A stretch of 64,000 nt of DNA from Mobula hypostoma (lineage: Eukaryota): assembly GCF_963921235.1 (NCBI RefSeq), contig NC_086097.1, positions 24,740,001-24,804,000 on the forward strand, given 5' to 3'. A program made the position numbers and the translations under genes. The notes under the pieces were generated by a model, which was given only the letters and a program-made list of their open reading frames with translations, searched no databases and was not told where the DNA came from. Positions 13,211 through 23,901 of this stretch are shown piece after piece; positions within the stretch are counted from its first letter, which is position 1, and each line of letters begins with the position of its first letter.

Positions 13211-14187
13211 TATGAAGAAGATGTTTCCTATAATGGGAGAGTTTAGGGCGAGCAGGCACAGGATGAATTTCATTAGCCAGAGTGTGGTGAATCTGTGGAA
13301 TTCTTTGCCACAGACTCCAGTGGAGGCCAAGTCTTTTGGGTATGTTTACAGAGGAAATTGATAGTTCTTAATTAATATGGGCATCAAAATTAGTATGATA
13401 AAGCAAGAAAATAGGGTTGAGTAGGATAATGAATCAGCCATGATGGAATGGCAGAGCAGACTTGATGGGCCACATGGCCCAATTTTGCTCCAATGTCTTT
13501 TGGTCCTAGTGTCGAAAACAGATGCCTCCCCAGTGTTGCATTGACAACATCTAGTGACTGTTAAATAAAGTGCAGTAATCAAGCTCGTTTGACTGGGCAC
13601 CACCTCCAGCTCTCACACAATGAGGCCTCATAAATCTCCACCGTTCCGCTATTGCATTTAAATGAGGAGTCTCCAGCCATTTCATTCTTGAAGTGTTTGA
13701 GTTTAGAAAAATAACCAGCTTATTAATAATGCACTGGTTTATAATGTATGCAGGATGCTTTATTGAAACAATAACATTGTAAATGTTCATGGTGAAGGAG
13801 GCACTAAATAATCACTTTAGTAATTAAGGTGGAATTATCTTGGTGAAAAGAAGGGTTTGGCTAACTGGGCATCATTTGTCTTTCACTGACAAAACTGTTG
13901 TACAATCCTGGAATGCACTGATAACACGCGGTGCACCTTAGCCATTCAGCAGTAAAGTGTGACCTGTTTCCAGTAGGTAAAGGTATTACAAGTTGTTTGT
14001 GAAGGCACCGCTACTGAATTGGGCAATTAGACCATAACCCACAAAACCATAAGACACAGGAGCAGAATTAGGCTATTTGGTCCATCAAGTCTGCTCCACC
14101 ATTCGATCATGGCTGATTTATTTTCCCTCTAAATTGCATTCTCCTGCTTGCTACCCGTGACCTCTTGCACCCTTTAACATATCCCTT

Positions 14188-14484
14188 GGGGCAGCACAGT
14201 AGCACAGCAGTTAGCATACTGGTATTACAGCATCAGCAATCAATGATAGGGGTTCAATTCCCGCTGTCGCCTGTAAGGAGCTCATAAGTTCTCTCTGTGT
14301 CTGAGTGGGTTCCTTCAGTTGCTCTGGTTTCCTCCTGATTTCCAAAGACATACAGTTAGAGTTCCTGATTTGTGGAAATGTTATGTTGCAGCTGCCCAAC
14401 ACAATCTTTGCTGATTTGTTTTGATGCAAAGGATGCATTTCACTGTATGTTTTCATGTTCATGTGACAAATAAAGCTAATCTTT
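14188..14484 (+). mobile_element. tRNA-derived SINE (HE1/V-SINE-like); related copies at ~21756-22040, 33720-33960, 42020-42318, 48905-49160 and 54625-54903
   Basis: A-box-like start, GGTTCAATTCCC B box, central GTGGGTTTCCTC..GGTTTCC motif and shared tails (GTGACAAATAAAGCTAATCTT or GGTTAATTGGTCATTGTAAATTGTCC). Confidence 0.75.
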
Positions 14485-14538
14485 TACCTAACCTGAATTT
14501 AAGTGAAGTTACTGTTCAGAATCAGGTTGATTGACACA

Positions 14539-15078
14539 CAGTACTGTGCAAAAGTCTATGGCACATATATATAGCTAGGATGCCTAAGACTCTTGCACCG
14601 TTCTGTAGTAATTTTATGTATTGCACTGCACTGCAGCCACAAAAAAAAATTTCTTGACATGCGAGTGACAATAAACCTGATTCTGATATGGGTCCCTGTT
14701 GTGGACTGAGAGTGAGAAGGAGGCAGGGAGAGGGGAATCATGGATGGGAAAAGGGGAAGGGAGAGGGGAGGGAATGGGAAGCACCAGAGAGACACTCTGT
14801 AATGATCAATAAACCAATTGTTTGTAATCAAATGACCTTGCGTGATGTCTTAGGGCTGGGAGTGACTGCTCTTGTGCCACCCCCGTCCCTGGCACTCCTT
14901 CTCTGCCACCTGTCCTACACCCCTCCCATGGAGATTCACCCTCACTATTCCCAACATCCTTTGTTCCGGCCAGATTTACAAACTCACCTTCTGGTCCGTG
15001 TTGACAAATAGAGTACTGTGCAAAAGTTCTTAGGCACCCTAGCTATATATATGTGCCTAAGACTCTTGCACAGTACCG
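14539..15078 (+). mobile_element. Composite Tc1-like non-autonomous element with palindromic TIRs (copy A)
   Basis: CAGTACTGTGCAAAAGTC..GCAC-(TA-rich)-TGCCTAAGAC..TGCAC palindromes at 14539-14605 and 15011-15078 flank a ~400-bp core. Confidence 0.8.
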
Positions 15079-16865
15079 CATGTTGACAAAATTTGTTTTT
15101 GTAGCAGCAGCACGGTGCAATACATAAACAATTTACAATAAAAAATATAAAAATAACTAGTGCAACAGAGGAATAGTGTGGTAGTGTTCATGGACCTTTG
15201 ACAAATCTGATGGTTGAGTGGAAGAAACTGTTCCTATAACATTGTGTATGGGTCTTCAGACTCCTGTACCTCCCCCCCGATGCTAGTAAGGAGAAGATGG
15301 CAAGTCCTGGATGGTGAGAATCCTTGATGATGAATCTAGGTTCTTGAGGCAATATCTTGTGAAGATGTCCTCGATGGTGAGAGGCTTGTGCCCATGAGGG
15401 AGCTGGCTGAGACCAGCACTCTCTGCAGCCTCTTGCGATGTTGACACCAACACCAGCTAATATTGTCTAATCTTGCACAACACCTTCAAAAGGAAGTGCC
15501 TCAGAAAGCTGGCATCCATCACTCAAGACCCTCACTATGCCCTCTTTTCGTTACCACCACCATGGAGGAGGTACAAGAACCTAACGATGGACATTTAATA
15601 TTTTCAGAACAGATTCTTCCCCTCCACCATCAGATCTCTGAACAGCCCATGAATCTCACTATTCCTCTTTTGCGCTATTTATTTTAATTTTAATTTTAAA
15701 ATACCGATTTTTTTTTGTCTTGCTGCCACAAAACAACAAATTTCTATGTCAGTGATAATAAACATGATTCTGATTGTTTTCTGTAACTGCCCATGATATT
15801 ATCATTTTACTGTACTGCTTCTTACTTCATCCCCCCCCCACTACCCCATGCACCCATGTTCCCCCTCACCTATCACCTGCCTTCCACTCCCCTACCTTCT
15901 TATTCTGCTTTCTGCCCCCTTCCTTTCCAGTCCTGGTGAAGGGTCGCAGCGTGAAACATCGACTGTATATTCCCCTCCACAGATGCTGCCCAACTCGCTG
16001 AGTTCCTCCAGCACTCCTGCTCAAGCTTTACAGCATTTTGCAGCATCTCTTCTCTTCACCGCCCTGTCAGCCTCTGTCCCCGCTTTCCGGGGATCCAAAC
16101 CGAAAGAAGATATTTTGAAAACCGTCCCCTCAAACCTGAGGGACAGAGTCCATAAATCCTTTCCTTCTCCATATTTTATTCAGGAATCCCACCTACTTAA
16201 ACTCTAATGAAAGATCAGACTTGAAATTATCTGTGGGAGCCGTTTGGCTCTGATGCTGAATCTAAATCTAAACCACTGGGTAATTGTGAGCCATTATTCT
16301 GCCTAGATATGGGATTCACTGCCCCAGATGTGAAATGGTTTGAAACGATAGCAATCTGAGCCCAGATCAGAAACACCTTTGATCAGGGGCCATTTCTGCT
16401 CGGATTCTGATGCTCTTTCCTTCATCTCTCTGCATGGCAAGAGGCTTATTTCATATTAAATTATGAGATGGGAGCCTGGAGTGCTGAACACCATTGTGAA
16501 CCTTAGAACAGGAATGTGTTATAATGACGACAGCATATTATCCTATACTTCTGAAATCCAGCTCCACTGAAGTCAAAAGAACCATATTTTAGAAGTGAAG
16601 CATAATCTTCAGATACTCCTCTGTTGCAGCTCTTCTGTTCCCCTGTGCCTTCACGTTCAGCCACAGCACAGTTGCGTCAGGCTGTAAGATGCTGCTCGGT
16701 GAATGGTTTTCACCAAGTTTGTTCCCCGTTCGTTACACTGTGCATCAGTGTCTATTTTTAAGGAGGGTGTGAGAATGCACAGACCAGGAGAATGCGTAGG
16801 CCCGTACAACTGCACAGGTTGTTTCAGGGGCTATATTTCAGAATCAGGTTATAATCACTGACGGA

Positions 16866-17839
16866 CAGTATTGTGCAAAAGTCTTAGGCACACGTATATA
16901 TATAGCCAGGGTGCCTAAGACATTTGCACAGAGCTGTTGTAATTTTATGTATTGCACTGTACTGCTGCCACAAAAAAAAGACAAATTTCATGACGTATGC
17001 GAGTGATGATAAACCTGATTCTGATATGGGTCTCTATTGTGGACAGAGAGTGGGAAGGGGGCAAGGAGAGGGGAATCATGGTTGTGGAAAGGGGAAGGAA
17101 GAGGGGAGGGAGAGGGAAGCACCAGACAGTCATTCTGTAATGATCAATAAACTAGTTGTTTGGAATCAAATGACCTTGCCTGGCACCACCAGCCTTGGCA
17201 CTCCCTCTCTGCCACCTGCCCCACACTGCTCCTGCACCCTCACCATTCCCAACATCCTGTGCTCCCACCAGATTTACAAACTCGCTCTCTGCTCCACGTT
17301 GACAAATAAGGTACTGTGCAAAACCCTACCTATATATGTGGAAGTGGAAGCATTGGAAAGGGTACAGAGGAGATTTACCAGGATGCTGCCCGGTTTAGAG
17401 AGTATGCATTATGATCAGAGATTAAGGGAGCTAGGGCTTTACTCTTTGGAGAGAAGGAGGATGAGAGGAGACATGATAGAGGTGTACAAGATAATAAGAG
17501 GAATAGATAGAGTGGATAGCCAGCACCTCTTCCCCAGGGCACCACTGCTCAATACAAGAGGACATGGCTTTAAGGTAAGGGGTGGGAAGTTCAAGGGGGA
17601 TATTAGAGGAAGGTTTTTTACTCAGAGAGTGGTTGGTGCATGGAATGCACTGCCTGAGTCAGTGGTGGAGGCAGGTACACTGGTGAAGTTTAAGAGATTA
17701 CTAGACAGGTATATGGAGGAATTTAAGGTGGGGGCTTATATGGGAGGCAGAGTTTGAGGGTCGGCACAACATTGTGGGCCGAAGGGCCTGTACTGTGCTG
17801 TACTATTCTATGTTCTATGTATATATGTGCACAGTACTG
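16866..17839 (+). mobile_element. Composite Tc1-like element (copy B) with a CR1 inserted in its right palindrome
   Basis: Same left palindrome and core as copy A; the right palindrome is split at 17340/17820. Confidence 0.78.
17341..17819 (+). mobile_element. Young-looking CR1 3' fragment with 10-bp TSD
   Basis: Open frame VEALERVQRRFTRMLPG..FFTQRVVGAWNALP..; (TTCTATG)n tail; TSD TATATATGTG at 17331-40 and 17820-29. Confidence 0.93.
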
Positions 17840-17942
17840 CACAATGAACTATGTTGATTTGCAGCAGCAGCAGCAGTATAGTGAAATACATAAACTATTT
17901 CTGTAACTTACAATAAGAAATATGTATATATATACATACACA

Positions 17943-17986
<44 letters not shown>

Positions 17987-17989
17987 CAT

Positions 17990-18470
17990 GGTGCAAAATG
18001 AGAGCAAAAAGTGAAATAGTTTTATTCATGGGTACATGGTCTGTTCGAAAATATGATGGCAGAGAGGAAGAAACTGTTCCTAAAGTGTTGAATGTAGGTC
18101 TTCAGGTTCCTATGCTTCTTCTTTGATAGGAGCAAGAGAGCATGTTCTGGATGGTGCAGGTCCTTAATAATGAATGCCACTTTCTTGAGGCATTGCCTAT
18201 TGAAGATGTTCTGAATGGTAGGGATGCTACTGCCCATGATGAAGGTTATGGCCTCTGGAGCTTTGCCCAATCCTGTGCACTGGCCCCTCCATACCAGAAA
18301 GTGATGCCACCAGTCAGAATACTCTCCATGGTACTGCACATCTGTAGGAATTTGCTCGAGTCTTTGGTGACATACCAAGTCTCCTCAAACTCCTGAAGAA
18401 ATCTAGCCACAGGATGCCTTCTTCATAATGGATTCAATCTGTTGTGCCCAGGATAGATATTCAGAGATGA
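17990..18470 (-). mobile_element. Decayed Rex1/Babar-type 3' fragment; similar fragments at ~11160-11420, 15080-15440, 15480-15775, 21290-21735, 43091-43900, 45835-46010, 50720-51270 and 52085-52290
   Basis: Remnants such as IIKDLHHPEHAL..FRNSFF, CMTVWYRNC and KFADDTT; shared TAAACCTGATTCTGA-type tails. Confidence 0.65.
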
Positions 18471-19444
18471 TGAGTATTGTGCACAGTTCTGATCATGTGC
18501 CTATGGGAAGGATATCCTTCAGCAGGAAATGGTGCAGAAAATATTAATAGGACGTTATCAGGACTGGAAGGTTTATAAGGAGCAATTGGATAGGTTATTG
18601 ATTTTTTTCTCTTGTGTGTACGACGCCGAGGTATATCAAATCGTGAGGGGTGTAGATAAGGTGAAAGGTCTTTTTCCCAGGGGAGGGGAATCTAAAACTG
18701 GAAGTCATAGGTTTAACCAAAGTCAAAGTCAAGTTTATTGTCACATGCACAAGTACGTGAATGCACAGGTGCAATGCAAAAGTTACTTGTAGCAGCATCA
18801 CAGGCACAGAGTATTAGATACATAGAATAGTACAATACCTCTTTCTTAACCTCGACACGTTCCAGGATATTAGTCTGTTCTGTTCTACACTGATCTCCTG
18901 TTCATAAAAGTCCCTATCACTGGTGAATAGTGAAGCAAAATATTTGTTCAGGACCTCCCCTACCTCCTCCGACTCCAGGCATATGTAAGCCTCCTGGTCT
19001 TTACGGACATGTGGAACAAATGGGAGCTTTCCTAAATCTCAGTCCACAAGGCCTTCTCATATGCTAGTTTAGCTCTGTCCATTCTTAAGCTTCTTCCTGG
19101 ATACATTATAATTCTCAAGAGCTCCATCAGATTTTTGATTCCTAAACCTTAAGGGTCAAGTGAGGAGGAATGGAGTAGAGTCCAAAGTTTTTGCATTACT
19201 TATTTAATTAAATTTTCTTAATATATATATTTTATTGCAATTTATAGCTTTTATATGTTTTGTATTGTACTGCTGCCAGCAACAAATTTCACTACATACG
19301 TCATAAACCTGTTTCTGATTCTGATACTGAAAATGTATGGAGGGCGATGGTCAAAGGCTCTAGGTGCAAATTGATGGGACTAGGCAGAAAACCAGGCTTT
19401 CACAGACTAGATGGGCTGAAGGACCTGTTTCTGTGTTGTAGTTT

Positions 19445-19815
19445 CATTGAAGCCTACCAAATATTGAAAGGGCAAGATAGGGTGGATGTGGAAAGGATAT
19501 CTCCTATGGTGGGGGTATCCAGAACTAGAGGGCATAGCCTCAAAATTGAGAGGTGACCTTTTAGAACAGAAGTAAGGAGGAATTTTTTTAGCCAGACAGT
19601 AGTGAATCTGTGGAATTCTCTACCACAGACTGCGGTGGAGGCCAAGTCCGTGAGAATATTTAAGGCCGAAGTTGATTCTTTCCTAGGGCATCAAAGGATA
19701 TGGCGAGAGGGCAGGTGTATGGAGTTGAATGGGTTCCGGGATCAACCATGATGAAATGGCTCGATGGGCTGAATGGCCTAATTCTGCTCCTATATTTTAT
19801 AGTCTTATGACTCTA
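19445..19815 (+). mobile_element. CR1 3' fragment
   Basis: IEAYQILKGQDRVDVERISPMVGVSRTRGHSLKI followed by a CR1-type 3' UTR. Confidence 0.85.
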
Positions 19816-20647
19816 TGATTTGCAAAATGCTGCCTGTTTTGCATAGAAAAGGCTGCCGTCTCTCAGTCTCTTAATTCTGCCCTTACAGTGGGGGCTCAAT
19901 GAAGTAAAGGGTTAAAGAAATTCCCGTTTTGAACAATTTCTCCAGAGCATTTGGTGAAAATGCGATTTTACAGCGATCCAATATTCCTGATCTGCAACCA
20001 GTCATTAAGTGTGAGGTACTGAAATACATTCAGAAAGCCCCTTTATCAGGAGGAGGCAAAACCAAAATTATGACAATATAGAGACAAGAAGCTAAATTAG
20101 ATAAAAGCGGCGATGACTTCTGACTAGGATGTGCTGGGACCTATAAAGAATTAACTTATTAGCAAGAGCTAATTTCCATCTTTCCCATTCATTTTACTGC
20201 TTCACTGCAACCAAATGTACTTAAAATATACAGAAGCTACATAAGGCGTTAATACAATGCCAATTTTATGCACATTGCAAAGAAGGGGAAGGGATCTGTG
20301 AAAGACCAGTATCTGGGGATTAATAAACCTGTGCTCCAGCATAAGAGAGATCTGTTTAACCTAGCGTCAAACAGGCAGGCATGTAAAGGATGTTTCTTGC
20401 TAATTTCACAAGACGAGCAGACAAAGGCCAAGCAACCCTTTAGGACTGTTCTGCCAGCAATTAAACTGGTCTGCACCTGATTTTCATATGCACACTTTAC
20501 GTCAGTGTCCATTGATACCATTAGTTCAAGTTCAAGTTTATTGTCATTCAACCGTATACATGTATACCTCCAAACAAATCAATGCCCCTCCAGACCATGG
20601 GGCAGCAACACAGTACATAGAATTCACACACAACACAAAGTAATATT

Positions 20648-21180
20648 CGTCGTCGCTGTTAGGTTGCATCTGGAATTTCCAGTTGGGGGACGATTTCCCT
20701 CTACACCGCTCTGACATATTAGGAAATCATGTCCTCAGCAAGTTACAGCAGTGGTTTGCCTTTGCCTTCTGCCGGGTGAGTTTAAAGAGGTCACTACCTC
20801 TTGCAGTGGATGACCAGGACGTCTAAGTGCCTTGTCGTGCTCTTAGTGCTCCGCTGACACCTGCTGGCCTGCCTTCTTGACCGTTGGACCAGTAATCCAT
20901 CTCCTCTGCTCAGTCTGCCAGGGCCAGACTTCACACGCTGGGACAGGCAGATCCCCTACCTCACTGAGGGTCGAAGAGCTGTCGGCTATCCTCACCTGGT
21001 TTGGCCTGTCTGCCGAGACAGTTTACCGGGGTGTGGCCGCTGCGCGTGCTACAGCTACTTGGAGCCACAGGTGAGAGTGAGCGCCAGGTGGGGACCGAAG
21101 GTGGACGAGCTGCCCTGAAAAGGGCACGGCAGGTCCCCCCCACCAGAGGTGTTACCCCTCCCTAGACGCCCCGTACTCCC
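20648..21180 (-). mobile_element. Non-autonomous RTE-related retroelement (5' UTR-like part joined to a short 3' end) with 12-bp TSD
   Basis: TSD CAAAGTAATATT at 20636-20647 and 21181-21192; GC-rich body with a (GAC)n tail on the minus strand. The RTE assignment is from recalled similarity to RTE 5' UTRs. Confidence 0.65.
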
Positions 21181-23215
21181 CAAAGTAATATTACTACAAA
21201 TAAATTAACAAAATATAAAAGAAGATTGACATTTAACATAAGGTGCATTTAGAACACAAGTTACTAGCGTTTCTTATGAGATGAGACCTGGGTGGTGGCT
21301 GGGAGTTCAGTAGTCTTACAGCCTGGAGAAAGAAGCTGTTACCCATCCTAACAGGCCTTGTCCTAATGCTGTGGTACCTCCTGTCTGATAGTAGGGCATC
21401 AAAGAGCTTGTGGGACAGATGGAAGGAATCTTTGCAATAGTACGAGCCCTGCGTACACTGTGTTCATGATAAATATCTCGGATGGGCGCAATGATAACCC
21501 CAATGATCCTCTCAGTAGTCCTCGCAATCCTTTGGAGGGTCCTGCAATCAGATGTCTTGCAATTCCTATACCAGACAGTCATGCAGCTGGTCAAAACACT
21601 TAATGGTGCTCTTGTAAAAATTGAATGAGATAGGAGGGGAGCCTTGATTGCCTCAATCCCTTCAGAAAATGGAGACATGGCAATGTTTTCTTGAATAAAG
21701 AGGTGGTGTTGAGGGACCAGGTGAGGTCATCCGTTATCTTCAAACTATCAGATTCCACGGTAGTGTAGTGGTTAGCACAACACCGTTACAACTCAGAGTG
21801 CTGGTGTTTGGAGTTCATTTCCGGCATCCTCTGTTAGAAGCTTTTGTATGTATTTCCCGTGAGCGTGTGGGCTTCCTCTGGTTGCCCTAATTTCATCACA
21901 CATTCCAAAGACGTACCAGTTAGTAGGTTAATTGGTCATTGTAAATTGTCTTGTGATGAGGCTAGGGTTAAATAGGGGAGTTGATGAGCAATGTGTCTCA
22001 CTGGGCCCGGAAAGGCCTATTCCAAGCCATTATCTCTAAATAAGAATGAAATGGGCACTCCCAGAAACTTGGTTCTCCATGGAGAAGCCATTTATGTGCA
22101 ATGAGGAATGGTCAATCTGCACCATCCCTAAGTCCACAATCAACTCTTTAGTTTGTCCACTTTCAGACTCAAGTTGATGTGCTTGCATCATTCTACAAAG
22201 TCACCCTACCTCCTGAACCAATGAAAGATCTTGGCCCAAAATGTTGGCTCATTATTCCTCACTTTAGATGCTGCTTGACCTGATGGTTTCTCCATGTCTT
22301 CCTTGTAAATATTACAAACTTCTCAGGCAGATCACTCCTCAACTTCTCAGTGTTTATGTGACCTTGGAAATCAAAATTAACTCTGCAGATACTGTAAATC
22401 TGAAACAAAAGGAGAAGATGCTGAAAATACAGGATTAGAGAGCATGTCTCATGTAGATAGGGCTCTGCCCTTTGCAGCAAAAGAAGATGAGAGGTGACTT
22501 GATAAAGTGTACAATATTATAAGAGGCACAGATAGAGTGAATGGCCAGAGGAATTTTCCCATGTGGAAATGGCTACCACAATCAGGGTAATTGGAGGGAA
22601 GTATAGGAGGGACGTCAGAGTTAAGTTCTTTTAACCAAGTGGTGAGTGTGTGGAACATCCTGTGGGACCATAAAACATAGGAGCAGAATAAGGCCATTTG
22701 GCCCACTGAGTCTGCTCTGCCACTTCACCATGGCTAATTTACTATCCCTCTCAACACCCTTCTCCTGCCTTCTCCCTATACCCTTCAACACCCTTACTAA
22801 TCAAGAACCTATCAACTTCCGCTTTAAATATATTCAATGTCTTGGACTCTATGGCTGCCTGTGGTAATGATTTTCACAGATTCACTACCCTCTGGCTAAT
22901 AAAAAACCTCCTCATCTCTGTTCCAAATGGACATCCCTCTGGTCTGAGACTGTGCCCTCCAGTCATAGACTCATCCAGTATAGGAAACATCCTCCCTACG
23001 TACCTTCTATCTGGACCTTTCAATATTCGATAGAGATTAAAGGCTTAGAGCCATCAAACATTCCTCATATATTAACCCATAATAATTCTCATGCACTTCC
23101 TCGAGACCTCTCCAATGCCAGAAAGTCTTTTCTTAGATAAGGGGCTGAAAACTGCTCACAAAACTCCAAGTGTAATTTGATTAATGCCTTCTAAGGCATC
23201 AGCATTACATCCTTG

Positions 23216-23418
23216 CAACACACATAAAAGTTGCTGGTGAACGCAGCAGGCCAGGCAGCATCTCTAGGAAGAGGTGCAATCGAAAAGTCCTGACGAAGGG
23301 TCTCGGCCTGAAACGTCGACTGTACCTCTTCATAGAGATGCTGCCTGGCCTGCTGCGTTCACCAGCAACTTTCATGTGTGTTGCTTGAATTTCCAGCATC
23401 TGCAGAATTCCTGTTGTT
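23216..23418 (+). mobile_element. Penelope-derived hairpin insertion (inverted terminal repeats around a hammerhead) with 15-bp TSD
   Basis: The arm 23215-23283 is the reverse complement of 23316-23384; TSD AGCATTACATCCTTG at 23201-23215 and 23419-23433. Confidence 0.92.
23286..23321 (+). ncRNA. Minimal type I hammerhead ribozyme motif, intact core, predicted cleavage after C23317
   Basis: AGUC-CUGACGA-AGGGUCUCGGCCU-GAAA-C-GUC-GACU: stem I AGUC/GACU, short stem II, self-complementary ACGU in place of stem III. Confidence 0.8.
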
Positions 23419-23901
23419 AGCATTACATCCTTGTTTTTATATTCTAGTCCTCTTGAAATCAATGCTAATATTGCATTTACCTTTCTTACAATCAACTCAA
23501 CTTGCAAGTTAACCTTTAGGAAATCCTGCACAAGGACTCCCAAGCCCCTTTGCAACTCTGATTTTTTAAAATTCCTCCTCATTTAGAAAATAGCCCAAGC
23601 CTTTATTCCTTCTCCTAAAGTGTACGATCATAGACTTCCTTACACTGTATTCCATCTGCCACTTCTTTGTCCATTCTCCAAATCTGTCTAAGTCCTTCTG
23701 CAGATTCCCTGCTTCCTCAACACTCCACCTGTCTTCATACCATCCACAAACTTGGTCACAAAGCCATCAATTTCTTCATCCAAATCATTGACATAGAATG
23801 TGAAAAGAAGTGACCTCAACACTGACCCCTGTGGAACACTGGCAGCCAACCAGAATTTGCCCCCTTTATTCCTACTCTTTGCCTCCTACCAGTCAGCTAA
23901 T

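Larger units (their letters stand above)
11800..13510 (+). mobile_element. Old CR1 3' fragment, host of nested insertions
   Basis: GGTAGAGTGGATAT at ~11966 resumes as GAAGATGTTTCCTA at ~13217; AGAGTGTGGTGAATCTGTGGAATTC and a CR1-type 3' UTR follow. Confidence 0.7.

Noticed and set aside
16924..17757. 277-aa ORF
   Set aside because: Chance read-through from the composite element core into a CR1 3' fragment.
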